A stretch of 62,016 nt of DNA, filler included, from Choristocarpus tenellus KU-1152 (taxonomy: Eukaryota > Protista > Phaeophyceae): NCBI GenBank assembly GCA_964200185.2. It is 11 parts of 11 records of this genome, joined end to end, with 100 filler letters (N's around TTAATTAATTAA, not from the genome) between each part and the next. Parts side by side here need not be neighbours in the genome. Positions count along the whole stretch, not along the records: positions 1 to 5,763 come from CAXNAD020009808.1; positions 5,864 to 14,263 come from CAXNAD020004758.1; 9 more parts are not named here. One strand, written 5' to 3'. Under the pieces are notes generated by a model. The model ran no database searches. It saw only the letters and a program-made list of their open reading frames with translations, and had not been told where the DNA came from. This document shows, in pieces, positions 1 through 13,097 of the stretch. Both the position numbers and the translations under genes were made by a program. Position 1 is the first letter of the stretch, and each line of letters opens with the position of its first letter.

Positions 1-43
1 TTTTTTTTGTGGGTTTGTTTGTGGGGGGGGGGGTTGTGTGGGT

Positions 44-104
<61 letters not shown>

Positions 105-407
105 GTAGTGAGAAGTTGCATGACGCATCCTTGGGTTCGTTGATGGCTCGGGAGAAGATGTAAGAGTAGTATTAATAGGGAGTTGTTTTGAGGGTTGCTT
201 AGTGTTGTGGGTAGAAGGGGCATGTCATAGGGAATACAGAAGCCTGCGCTGAATTTTTACCTAGCTTTCTGGATATTGTTTTGAGAATGGGTGTAGGGAA
301 GGGGAGTGTAGGCAAGGTGCAGGAGAGAACAGGGGCCGGGGCCGGGGCTGGGGTCGGGGGGGGGGGGGGGGGGCCCCAAAGTAATAATTTTTACTNNNNN
401 NNNNNGG

Positions 408-467
<60 letters not shown>

Positions 468-3400
468 GCACACACAGTAATACTATTTACTTTGTACATC
501 AGGAAAAAAATGTACCTACTGAATGCAGTGAAATTGTGCTCTTCTTTGAATGCCCTTGTCTTATTTGTTTTATTTGTTGTGTGATGTTAGTGCATGTCCG
601 TGGAAAATAGTTTGGTTGGAAAGAGGCGTGTGTGTGTGTCAATGGTTAATAATATGGAAAAGGATATGAAATAAATACATAGGATAGGGTTCACGTGCTG
701 GCTGAAAACGATTTTTTTAGGAACACTTTGAGTTGGAGATAAGAGGACTGGAAAGGGGTGGTGCGAGTCAATTGCAACCTGGCATGGTTGTACCTTGCTT
801 CACACATCAGAATTCAATTTTGAAGAAGGGATGACTTTAGCGGTTTTTGTTTTTGAAGATTTTCAGGGCATTGCACAAGAGTAGTCATTTCTGAATCGTA
901 ACAAGTCGTACCATATGGAAAATATGTAATTTCGCTCTTTGTATGTGGTGTAATGTAACTGAGCTGTTTTTTTTACATGTTGTTACTTCTCAAGTATCTT
1001 CTCCATACAAACATACTACGGTGGAGTATGTGATATGTCTATCCATCATATCCATCAGGTACGAGCTTTTCTCCTATCCCCGTCCTCACCACACTGTTTC
1101 CTTTCAGGTACATGCGTACTGTGTTATTTAGAACCTAGCCTTAGACTTGATGTTGCACTTGGAGTAGAAGCCATGATGTTGTTGTGAGCATGTGGAGGTA
1201 CAAGTTTATGGAAGTTCCATAGAGTGCTCTGTATTATGTCCTTTCTAGTGTGAGATAGACTTTGGAGGTCTGCTTGGGGAAAGTGAAACATTTCTATGTG
1301 GAAACACAGGTACGCACTAAACATTAGTGTGAAGAGGTACATGAGGTGGATGGGTCAACCTTGAGTGGGTAAACTGAGAATGCGTTACAAAGAGGGTGGA
1401 TTTACTAACTGTAAGTCACTCCATGCATATTTCTTGCCCTTTCTGGGACAGGGAACCTCCGGAGGTTGGTCAAGAGACATGCCCATGCACAGAGGTTTCA
1501 ATTGAGAACTGGCACTGTCACCACCTACGATGAATATATTGCCAGAAATAAATTCAAATCACTGAAAATGAGATGCCTACTACCTAACCCCCACCCGTCC
1601 TGTGGGTGCAAAGGATCCATTGCTACCAGTTGTTTGTGCCCTTTTAGAGCCATTTTTTGAACCTCCCTTGCTACTGCTATTGCTGCCCCCAAGGCGTCGA
1701 CTGTATGCTGAGCTCAAATGCGAATCCACCTTGGACTGGATGGAAGTAGGTGCTTTGAATGCGGGGAAGCTCCCCACCACCTCATAGCTCCACCTGTTGT
1801 GTTAAGAAATGGAAGTTGCTTGTCAGATATCGTGTACAAGTGTCTCGTGTAAGTACTGGATATCGGATGACCCATGAAGGACACTTTGTACTGTCATATG
1901 CTGTGTGTGTGGGGGTGGGCTATGTGGCCTACGAGTTAAGCAGATCCTGAGTCAACGCTTACACATTCCAATACAGGGGTGTATCCTGATAGATCAACCT
2001 GCCATAAATGTTACGTTTTGGAAGGTAAAATATTTCAAGGCGCTTGGTGTGAACTAGGTTTCTGCACCTATGTGGCTGGGGGTTATAACTAGAGCTAACT
2101 CTGTCAAGCAAGGGTCTAAATGGATCGACATTTGTACTCAGATTAGGGTTATAGGGTATCATGGCCACACAATTGCGAAATCATATCTACTATTGCAAGA
2201 AGTTTATAATTGATTGTGGATGGACGGGTTGTTGATTAGAGACCTTCAGCTTGCCTGTACAAGAGAAGACTACCTAGCCACTACCTAAAGCAATGGGTTG
2301 GGTATGCAATGGGAGTCATATACAAGCAGTCTAATGTTGACTTGTGAAATGTTTGCCATTGCTAATTTGGGGGAAACTACTAGGGTGATACACCCCAACA
2401 GAAAAATATGGTCTTCAGTCACGTTTGTTGAGAATCGATCATTTCAAGCCTAGGCGTCTAGAGGCACTTTCTTCCTATTGAATATTTCCATCAAATAAAC
2501 AAAATGCAGCCTCTTAACACTCCATCACCTGATGTCATCGGTCTCTACAATGAGGACCCCCCTCTGCCCCTGAGCATAGTGTGTAGGTGCGTATGTTACG
2601 GTGATGGGTGTCCCTTCTGTCCCATAGGGGGTGAGCACGCCATCGCAGGGGTCTACATGAAGGCTGAGGGCGCTGTCAGCAGTGAAGTGTGCCTGTTTTT
2701 TGTTTGAAAAAAGTAAAATTAAAATAGAGCGATTTCAAGCCCACAATGGTATAAATAGTATTAATATCGTTGTCATTGCATTTTGTCTTTGCTTTCAGAA
2801 ATCAAGGGGGTTGTAGCATCAGGTACTGGAAAATTGGTCGACTGTGCTACTTCCCATCTCCATCTGCCGATGGTGGAACTACATGGTGGTAAGAAAGGAA
2901 TTGTTGATGGTGTGGGGAGATTTGGTACGCATAATTGGTCCAACCTTGGTATCTGTGGCAATATGTGGTGTGTTAGGCATCCCCTAGAATTGTGAATTTG
3001 GACTGGCACAATTGTTTTCCTGATTTTTTAATATAGGGTTAGGGTTAGGGTTAGGGCAATAACGACTACATATGCTTCTTTTTATTAGATAGACGTTCCG
3101 TCCCGAATTTCGACAACCATCTTTGTGCCCACCATCCAACCATGTTGTATTGCCGGTATCTTTCTGCAATGTTTATCTGTGACGTGTTTAGCAAATACTA
3201 CAGTAACATTTCTATCTTCACACGATGGTTACCACACCACACTTTGCTAGGCGTAACCCTTATGTTGTCAGTACCTATATGAAATAATCCTTACAAATAG
3301 ATTAGTATAGATACAAGTGTCAAAACAGCTACTATTCATAAGGAGAACAAGACCAACAACAAGTATGTATCGGTTATAGCCGTGATGATGAGCCCTTGGA

Positions 3401-5763
3401 TGTGAACACGTGTTTTTATGTCCAATAAACAGAGATCTTTCATCGAAAAGGCACTGATTTCTGGCTAGGGGTTGACCATGGGAGCTACTGCTCTGTTGTT
3501 AACGGTGCTCGCAGCAGTGCCCTGTTTAACATGGGAAACCTTCCAAAAAAGTGAAAGACTGCAGCTACTGACACTGGCAAGCAGGAGGGGCTAATGTTGG
3601 CCCAGAAATGTGAAATTCTGAGGTTTCTGACTGTGGCTTAGTCCTTCATACATGCAACCCCAATGCCCAAAGCTCCTGGAGAACTTGATTAACGACATAG
3701 GTATACTAAAAATAAGAGTAACAACTCATACCGTATGGAAGGAAAATTTCATGTTGCATCAAATAGAATAAGCATATTTATCGATGCTCAGAAAAAATAT
3801 TGAAGTGTCTTTGAAGTATTTAAGTGACAAAACCTTTTCTGGTAACAATCCACTAAACTGGTATTTCATTAGGCCTTACATCATGACTGCGTGCCTCTCA
3901 ATGCATCAATCGGCCTGTGAGTTAATCAGGAGCGCCAAATTTGGTTGACACACAGATGACTTAAAAGTGGATCATTATTGCAGTATAGTTTCTAATTTTT
4001 CCAATTGTAATGTTATGCCACCAACAAGACTAGCTGATCACTTCTGACAATTTTTTCCTGCTACAATTCTCTATGATTGGAATCTTGCATGGCCTTGTAT
4101 GAAGGCCCTCCTCTGACTTTTTTCATACAGCTTCTTCACCTTCTTGTATTCATCGCTAAGCTTTTGACCTGTGCTACCGCCTCATAATTTATAGAGTAAT
4201 ATTCTTCCCATGGGCTAAAGTTTTGACAAATCAACTTCAACTAGAAACAACTCACTTGGTACTTCCACATTCTTCCAGTTAAAACTGCATGTAGTACCTT
4301 TGGCTTCAAAACTCAAGTTACTGTTCCATGAGGCAACTCAAACCACCGAGGAACAACTACAGGATGCGAAATAGCATGCTACAAAATTGTTCAACCTCCT
4401 CCAAGGGGAAAATATTCCACAGAATGGAAATTGCGTCATATGTTTGCTGAATGAGACATACCTTGAGTACTTCATTTCTTCTTTTCAAATTGAGTTGATA
4501 ACATGAGATAATGAAGCAAGCATCTGTGCCATATACCTTTGCCTGCAGGGTTGGGCTTCTAGTATATGTGTACAACGAGTTAATGGACTAATCGTTTAAT
4601 CCGTCATTTCATCTTGGGAATGGCACCATCAATCTTGTAAGAAAAGAGATCCAGAATTTTTGGCCAAGGCTTCTATTGTGGATATAAGGGTGGGTAGCAT
4701 CAACGGAAGCAGCGCCAAACCATAGGGATAGCTATAGTTCTGCAGAGTGAAAGATATTGCTCGCCATGTTTGGTATTAGGTATTTAGAGCTTGCTCAATT
4801 GAGATAAGTAACCTTACACATGTTGGACGTTGGGTACTTTATTGGAGATTATAGCTTTCTAGCGTATTGTAACTGGATACCCTTCCATATGGAAGGAATA
4901 TTTCAAGTTGACTGATGTGATTCTGGCTCGCTCAGTACAATGATATACTGGCAGTGCCACACCGAACAATTGTGGGCGTATTGAGGTTGAGGGGCAAAGT
5001 GTGAAGACAGAGATCTTACTTGGGATGATCATGGTATGAGGATCGGGCACAATATGTGATTGATCAATTGGTCAACATCTTAGGCGATCCATGCCTTTCT
5101 TGACAAGCCCGAAATATGCCATAAAATGATGCACTTTGAATACCTTGAATCTTTCATGATTTCTACATTATGTTCAGTCTGAAATGTATTGAAATGTATT
5201 GGAATGTATTGAAATATATTGAAATGTAATGCGAAAAAAAAAAAATGACGAAAATAGGATGATCATCTACAGATTTTTTTTCTATTTGAAAACAGTTTAA
5301 CAAAAAGTAATTAACACATAAAATGCAACCAGACAAAAAATTCTGATGGTGTATGATACTGGTGGCTTGTGGACAAGAAGTTCCTGTATGTGCAATCAAC
5401 GGTCATTTGTTCCAACCAATAATACAATAAGGTAATACAGGCATGAAACTTCAAGGGTGGAATAGAACTTTGAGCAATCAGTGGCAATATATTTTTGAAC
5501 GTTTGCTGGAGTAGGGACCTGCTGAAAGTGCACTATAGGAATTAAAGAAAGTACTGACAATACTGTGGAGAAGGGTAATGAATTCTATTCACATGCAGCT
5601 GAGGATTGTGGAAGAGAATAGGCTTAAGATCAATCACCTGACCGGTCACACCATTGAACAATAATAGATTGAAAGTATCATTTTTTACACAAATGATATT
5701 AGTATTACAAACTGTTGTAAGTTTCCAAGGGACAGGGGATAGGGGATAGGGGGTAGGGGGTAG

Positions 5764-5863
5764 NNNNNNNNNNNNNNNNNNNNNNNNNNNNNNNNNNNNN
5801 NNNNNNNTTAATTAATTAANNNNNNNNNNNNNNNNNNNNNNNNNNNNNNNNNNNNNNNNNNNN
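5764..5863. other. Synthetic scaffold linker (N44-TTAATTAATTAA-N44); also at 14264-14363, 17710-17809, 21431-21530, 26205-26304, 33200-33299, 42061-42160, 46812-46911, 50972-51071, 55419-55518
   Basis: An identical 100-nt spacer with a six-frame-stop 12-mer occurs ten times. Short 10-N gaps also lie at 396-405 and 7532-7541. Confidence 0.98.
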
Positions 5864-6063
5864 AAATAGTAGTGGGGTGGGGGGGGAAGGGAGGGGGGGG
5901 GGGGGGGGGGGGGGCTACACAAGGGTATCCATTTGGGCCTTGACCAGAAAAAGTGCACTTAAATCATCCATCCGACACATGCTATCAAATCACACAAAAA
6001 TTGCGAAATGGAAAAATGAACCCCAACTGGACAGCTGCCACCCCTCCCCAGATACTTTGAGCC
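5864..6063. mobile_element. MITE family B copy, truncated by scaffold end
   Basis: Internal sequence matches 11505-11730, 12915-13097 and 28545-28721; ends CCCCAGATACTTTGAGCC. Confidence 0.85.
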
Positions 6064-6895
6064 CATGGTCTAAAGTACAGTCCTACTAATACGCATCCCC
6101 CTTTTTATGGTTCTTGCTTGTCCTGTTCTGCCACTTTTGGCGCACACACACGCCAAACACCAAGCTTTCAATCAAAGCTGCGAGCCGAATCTGGGCGGGC
6201 GTTGGCTGCAATGATCATGGTTCTGGGGATATGACTCTTGTGCTGCACAGTAGGGGATCCTGGAAGGTAGTTATCATCCTCATCCGGCAATACCCTAACC
6301 CTTTCCCCATCAGCCATCACGTAGAACCAGGTTTCACCCGCATGGATCGTGTTCGCCATGGAGGTGTACACACCACATTTCCAGTCCTATTGATCACAAA
6401 CAAAGTCCATTCTCCATACCTTTTGCCAAGATTTAAGCTTGGGTTTGATCCAGCGGCGATTCGGCATGGCCCCCATATCATCCAACCACCTGTTTATGGT
6501 GCTTACGCTATAATTCAGTCCCTTGGCGACCATCTTCCTTGTCACCCGACGCACTGTGGATGACTAATTATCAGAGTTGATACTATGTATTGCGGCCATC
6601 TTGGTCGGTGTGAGCTCCGAAGGCCGCCCACTACGTGCCGCCATCCCTAGGTCAAGCGCGTGGCCACGGGTGAGCTGATTGGCAATGTCCTCCCAGAGCC
6701 CTTCCTCCCAGAGCCCTTGCATGTAATGCTTGGACACTACAAACTCCGCTGCGAGGGCCGGCCCAATGTATCGCAGCAGTTTATGCGCACTAGGGACCAT
6801 CGCAAGGGATTGCCGCACTGCAAGCGCAACCCTGGTATTCAGGGACACTTGGACACCCTTCCTGCGTGGGGGGGTTGACGGGGGGGTTGCCATGA
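6064..6895 (-). pseudogene. Tc1/mariner-superfamily transposase pseudogene (plant/oomycete mariner-like)
   Basis: Minus-strand pieces read RSGRPSELTP (HTH linker), IHAGETWFY (cf. VHxDEKWFY), VQHKSHIPRTMIIAANARP (cf. KSKRxxxKVMFLxAVARP) and GVWRV...RTSKNHKKG. It has stops and frameshifts and is cut by MITE-B at 6063. Confidence 0.8.
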
Positions 6896-7486
6896 TGACG
6901 TTCTGACCCTCAACGTGCCCAGTTCTGACCTCAAAATCACCCCAAAAGACCCTACTTTGACGGCTCGAAGCTCCTCGAGTTTGTAGCTGATGATCCTCAA
7001 CCCCCACCTTTTCTAAAAGCTGAGATTGTCAACCCGATTTCATCTGTGGGGTTATCGTCCGATTCGGCGCCGTTCTCGCTCGGCGAGCCCAGATGTTTCG
7101 TGGCACAAACCTTTGGCACAGAGGTAGTACTAAATTGTAATCTTTGCATTTCAAACATTTTTGCACCACCCTCCCGAGCACCATAACATCATGGGGTCAC
7201 GCCTGGTTGGCAAAAATATTGCCTGGTCCCAAAGTTTGAAAAGGAAATTCATCCTCAAGTTGAAACTTCTTGGATAAAGTAGTAGGAGAAGATGTTTCTG
7301 GCGGCCATGACCTTGTATTTGCACTTAACGAGAGTAAAATTCTAATGTTTTTTTAGTTGCACAGACATTATTACTTCCAAATCAATAAGGTTTTTCGAAC
7401 CGGAAGAAATGGGGCATTTTTCAATTTTGTGAAAAAACAGTATCACTACTTCAAAACAGAATATGTTATCGATACAATGTATATGT

Positions 7487-7845
7487 ATAATGGGGCCTGG
7501 TTCTGTGTGATGGGGGGTGATGAGAACCACCNNNNNNNNNNGGAAGTGAAAGATGAGACTGAGGCATGCTGGGTGTATGTTGATAACCTCAGAATGCCAT
7601 ATGGATCAATCTTCAATGTGATTGGTTGTGACCAGCCAGAACAGAAAACACAATCTCGGGCTTTGTTGGTTTGAATCCACCGTTCATGTCGGAGTTACTG
7701 CATGCCAGTCGTGTGTCTGACCCACAACACATCACTTGCCCTGGCCTCAATTGCAAAAGGTGATGCGCACAAATGTATGTGACCGCGCGTATTATCCTCA
7801 TCAATGTCTGGAGATCCCAAAAAAGGTGACCTGTGCCTGACACAC
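7487..7845 (+). mobile_element. Fragment of the tRNA-headed SINE (5' body)
   Basis: Reverse-complement match to 46141-46485; ORFs 7613-7843(-) and 46164-46370(+) translate almost identically. Confidence 0.8.
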
Positions 7846-9751
7846 TATCATCTCCATAATTATCACCAGAAAATCAAATCCAAAAATGTCCCCTTTGTGC
7901 TGTCTGCAATAAAGTTGAAATATGGATCAACAGATTCCAAAATATATTCAAAAATTTGAAAAAGTCATTAGACAGTATCACAGTGAAAGCCAACCCGATA
8001 CATCTTGACCTGTGCAGCCCCTAGTTGAAAAAAACAGACTAGTCTACAACAAATGCATCTTTCTCGTTTTCGAAAATCTGGGCAATATCGTCTGATGGGC
8101 AATTAGAAGATACACCACAATCCAACTCTAAAAATAGCCTATGAGATGACGTCTGCCTTCCAAAGAAAACAAGCAGATTTTTCTCCAAAACACAACATCA
8201 ATGTAACACCATCTCCTTGACTTAACTAAAGCTTTACATTGGTTGGGCAAATAATAAAAAGGGGCAATATAATAGTAATAATAAACCAGAAAGACCAAAC
8301 AAAAAAGAGTCCCACTAAAAAAGCAACAAAATGATATTTTGTACAACTTGAATTACCTGGACATGATCTTGGAGCTCTGGACAGGTGAGTTTCACGATGA
8401 TTTTAAACAACAGTAACACAATAGATGTTGACATGAGCACAATAATAACATTTTTGACGTAACTTGTGAAAATCAACATCAGAATGAATGTTTTATTGAA
8501 GAATGACTAGAAAGAGTGAAGTAGTAGCTTCCTGAATGGCCACAACTGTAGCTGTACAGCATGATGGATTCCCATTGCACAGACACTGCCATTTTCTATG
8601 CAAAACCATATCTTGCCTATTGTTTTTTCAGTTGTATCTGGGTTAAGTGCTGTCAAACGGAATTCCTTTCCACCTGTACGTAGAGCAGTGCCTTTAACAA
8701 GCCTACACAATGTGAAGCACCAAGATCATCCCTCCTATGCCTCATCCTTGGCAGCTAGGTTGGGTTGCCAAGCTGATGTATCAGTACCATCAGTCGCCTG
8801 CTCCATTCTTCCACCTTCATGGCTTTGAGCTTCTCAAGGGCACATATATCCATCTCAATCCTGAGAGGGCTGGAAAATTGTCCTGTGTTATGCAGCCCTG
8901 TGAATGACTTACATTTCAAGGAACATCTCATGCCATACGGTGCAGGATAGGGTGAGAACAGTGTGAACAAAAGGTGAAGAAGTTTGGAGAAGGTACTCAA
9001 ATAAAGTCCTAATACCTACGAAATTTGCATCCTCTGGAACGCAGAGGGCACCGTTGACAAGTTGCATTATGATTGACACAGAAAGGACGGCATAATATAC
9101 ACCTTTCATCCAAACTATACTAACAGGTCGGCCGGCAGGTTGACATTCTCAACGGCTCGGTGGGCAGAAAAGGGTTTTTTACTGGGCCTTAACCGCTAGG
9201 AACTTCTTTCAGTAAATGTGGAAATTCGTATAAAAATACTGCATCCACCTATGTATGATGTCGTCCACCCCACCAATCCACACACCCACATCAACACTAG
9301 ACATCAAGGAGACGAACCAATCATAGATCTCCCACCTGTAGGTCTCAGGACTATGAGGCGACAATGGTGCAGCAGTGCTTATAATTTTCTATTGATACAT
9401 CAATGGTGTGAAAAGAGGTACATAAAATTCCGATATATATATAAATATTTCCGACATCTCGATAAGTGGTCAAGGATGTCAGATAAGGCAAAAGCTTGCT
9501 AGTGGGCAGTCCAAGGGTCAAAGTTTGGTCAACTGAGATATTTGATTCCATATTGCAAACGCCATAGACTGTACACCAACCTGTACTAACCTATCTCTTA
9601 CTATGCCACAAAAATACTGGACCAAGAATGACGTGGAAATGTCAAGGCAAGTCTAGGAAAAAATTGAGGGTGGAGGTGGAGTGATGAGTGATGGGATCGT
9701 TGAACCCAAAACATGATAAGCAAGGCCCAAATGAATGGAGGCAGTTCGATC

Positions 9752-10125
9752 TGTTGTAGTGCAAGAGTTCGTTACAGTAGTATACCTAGAAGTTAATATT
9801 AGAACCATTTATCTACTCTGCCTCTGACTAAGGGTTATAATATATACTAATTCCCAGACTAAAGTGAAGACAACAGCAACAACAAAAATAATAATAATTT
9901 GGAGCACTAATAACAAAACAATAAACCTCTTGGGGATGGAGAACCCATATCATATGGACTAAACATTTCTCATTCTGTTTTTCATTATTTAAAACCCTCT
10001 CCCCCTCTAAATCTTCTCTCCCATCTTCATCCTACCGCTGCAAGGAGTCGAGAGGTGGCCGGGTTGAGATTTGAACTCACGATCTCTAAATGATCGAATA
10101 TTGACATAACACAATCCCCCTGCTG
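9752..10125 (-). mobile_element. Possible LTR (TG...CA) preceded by a polypurine tract and containing a tRNA-like 3' half
   Basis: The minus strand reads AGCAGGGGGAT then TGT at 10113 and ends CACTACAACA at 9752. It contains GATCGTGAGTTCAAATCTCAACCCGGCCA (10056-10084). Confidence 0.35.
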
Positions 10126-10694
10126 AAGAAGATCGACATATCAGAGAATGACATAGTTCTGGTAAGAAAAGATTTCGTCATAGTAGCAAGCCAATCTGCT
10201 TTGGGGGGGGGCAACCAATGTCCCCTTGTCATCCACAAAAGACCATATTTTTTAAAGAGAACTCTGGTAAGTCATCGTGGATGATAGCCTTTTGGCTCGT
10301 TTGAGTGTCTGACTGAATCTTCACCTTGACAGAACATGAGCGGCTAAGCTACTATGTAAAGATTGAGAACATAAGTGTCAGGGGGTAGGGGATAGGTTAC
10401 ATGGATATTCAACCTGATACACAGGATATTCTTGTATTACTATTGACAAGCATACTATTCCTACATACCTTGCCAAAGAATTTACAAAAGCTTTGTGAAA
10501 ATTGAAAGAGATTCCTCCTTCTTGAGCTTCTTCTCCAGTACCGTGGGCAAGGAAGTATGGGGTGACAGACTAGGTGTGGAAGGAACGAACTACGTACGGT
10601 ATAATATAATTTAGCCTGTACTATTAGCAGTCGTATTCTATACACCGTCATAATGAGCCATGTGCACCTCACTGATTTTTCTTGTTGTTGATTA

Positions 10695-11460
10695 GCTTTA
10701 TAATATATATCATTTTGGCCTTTGACACTTTGCAGATGTGTCAGGGGAAAAAACAATGAAAGGCCAACTGAATATCAGAACAACCCCCGAAATAGTAACA
10801 GTTGTCATAAACGTGAAAGACATTTTTCTATCGTCAATTAACTGTTTTACTACCAGCTATGCTACACCACTCACCTCCTATGCTTCCAACCTAGCTTAGT
10901 CCTATACCCCCAGGCGAGGAGCTAGGGAAGCATCCAAAGAAGCTGACAGGCCCCTCCTTACCCATGAGTGAGAATATCTTAGAGGGTACGAGTTTTGCCC
11001 TGTTTGTCCATTTGGAGCTTGACTTCCCGTGGGTTCTTTTATGACACTTTCCTACTCCAAAATGTTTAGGAGTAGGTAAAATGTATACGTCATGAAAAGG
11101 TGTGTCCGGAACAAGGACATTGACACTCCTTAACAAAAACGTTATGAAAATGTGTGTCCGGAACATGGATACAGACACTTTCTAACCAACACGACAGCCA
11201 AAATTACATCAAAACCGAAACATTGGATTTTGACCACCAAATGGACGCGGCCCTACCTTCTAAGATACTTTGGCTCCTATCTCCCGGGCGTCTCCAGTAT
11301 AAAACGCATGACATGTCTTGATAGAGTTACTGGTGTTGTGACGGACACTATCTGTCGTAAACGGGATTTGACAGCCCTTTTCCTGCTGTAGCCTCCTCTC
11401 GCCACTCTCCCCCCTACCGCGTGCATAGTCAACTCACCCAGAAAATGTTCTGCTCGCTGA
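10695..11460 (+). mobile_element. SINE 3' body copy interrupted by MITE-A
   Basis: Homologous to 11740-12160 and to the reverse complement of 45735-46140. Confidence 0.75.
10966..11276 (-). mobile_element. MITE family A (Sola-like ends), full length, with an internal ~50-bp duplication
   Basis: TIRs are GAGTGAGAATATCTTAGAGGGTA and TACCTTCTAAGATACTTTGGCTC. Flanks are CCAT/CTAT, whereas the empty paralogous site near 11990 has a single CCAT. Confidence 0.9.
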
Positions 11461-11504
11461 CCATGGCGCCCAAACCTTTCTACCGCAAATTTGTTGAGGT
11501 TATA

Positions 11505-11730
11505 GGCTCAAAGTATCTGGGAGGTGGGGGGGTCTACATAAGGGTGTCTATTCGGGCCCTGACCAGGAGAAGTGCACTTACATTATCCATCCGACACATG
11601 CAACCAAATAACTGAGCCGCTTCCTGTCTGCATGGAGTCACCATCGCTCTCAGCATCTGTATTAAAAATTGCGACAAGGAAAATTGAACCCCGAATGGAC
11701 AGCCACCACCCCCCCCAGGTACTTTGACCC
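11505..11730. mobile_element. MITE family B, full length with a ~50-bp internal insertion
   Basis: TIRs GGCTCAAAGTATCTGG ... CCAGGTACTTTGACCC. Confidence 0.85.
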
Positions 11731-11739
11731 ATATCTACA

Positions 11740-12160
11740 TATTTGTATTATACCCTCTGATATTTTGCAGATGTGCCAGGGGAAAAACCAATGAAAACTA
11801 TTCACATGTCAGAACAATCCCTAAAAAGGAGCACTTGTCGTAAAATGTGAAAGCCATTGATCTATTTACTATTTTACTACCGGCTATGCTGTACCACTGC
11901 TTCCCTGAGCCTCCAACCTAGCTTAGTCCTGCACACCACAGGGTGAGGACCTAGGGAAGCATCCCAAGAATCTAACAAGTCCCTTCTTGCCCATCTCCCT
12001 GGTGTCTCCATGTTAAAATACATGACACGTTGAGATAGGGCTACTTCCGTTGTGACTGAGACTATCTGGGGTAGACGGGATTTGACCACCTCTTTTCTGT
12101 TGTAGCCTCCTGTCCCTCTCCCCCCTACTATGTGCGTAGCTAGTTCATCCAGAAAACTTT
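11740..12160 (+). mobile_element. SINE 3' body copy
   Basis: Homologous to 10695-11460 and to the reverse complement of 45735-46140; compare ORFs 11877-12089(-) and 45743-46006(+). Confidence 0.75.
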
Positions 12161-12914
12161 TATATCTACATATTATAACACAATGCCGCCCAGTATGAAT
12201 TCGACCTACATTTGATCTTTCCCTAGACCATTATCTACCAACTTTTAATGCTATGGTCACTATGAAAACCACAAACACGATGTTTGTTTATCCAGATTTT
12301 TTTTTGCGAGTTTTGTGAGGGTAATAAAAACTCTGATGGCCTGTGACCCTAACTACGCTTATGGAGAAGGAAATGAGATAAAAGACGAGGCTCCACTGGT
12401 CGAGCAGAATTGTATGTGATAAATTCATCTTGATATTTCAACTGTTGTATTGCACCTGCTATCACTGACGCTCTATTAACACTAGTTTTGACCCTTCTAA
12501 TATGAACGCAAGCAATCGACTTGGCGTCTATTCTGATTTCTCTGCATTCCATACAGGAGGTCTTCTTCAGAGTCTCGTTTGTGCAACTTCTGATTTCCCC
12601 CCAAAACGCAGCAATATGTGGTCATGAACTATGTATAAGATAGTGATACCGTATACATACGACGGGCGAATATTTTGATATCTGTGAGAACCATCTTCCA
12701 AAGAAGGTATACCTTGAAGGTAACCTATTTTTAAGAATCGGATATTCATATGACATTTGTTTTTGCACGTTGAAGTAAACTCTGCTTGAAGTAAATACTG
12801 GGTGATTCGAGGGGACCTTGCAAACCCCCCTCATTCACCTTACCACTTGTTCACTCTTCTCCTGAGTGATCTTCAGAAGGATTGCTCTCCCTCTTGTCTT
12901 GTCTCTCTCCTTTT

Positions 12915-13097
12915 AGCTCAAAGTATCTGGGGGGGGGGGGCGGCTGTCCATTTTGGGGTCATTTTTTTCATGTCGCGATTTTTGGGTGATTTGGTTGAAT
13001 ATGTCGGATGGATAATGTAAGTGCACTTTTCATGGTTTTGACCCAAATGGACACCCTGGTGTAGACACCCCACCCCCCCCTCCAGATACTTTGGGTC
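12915..13097. mobile_element. MITE family B, full length
   Basis: TIRs AGCTCAAAGTATCTGG ... CCAGATACTTTGGGTC; flanks TTTT/TTTC. Confidence 0.9.

Noticed and set aside
1-470. Long poly-G runs and the poly-Pro/poly-Gly ORFs
   Set aside because: Homopolymers at scaffold ends and gaps; lengths are unreliable and no coding evidence exists.
5808-5819. Recurrent TTAATTAATTAA palindrome as a biological motif
   Set aside because: It is always centred in an identical N-padded 100-nt block, so it is an assembly linker.
12349-12834. Ankyrin-like HIAAFWG fragment on the minus strand
   Set aside because: A single short motif among stops is insufficient support.
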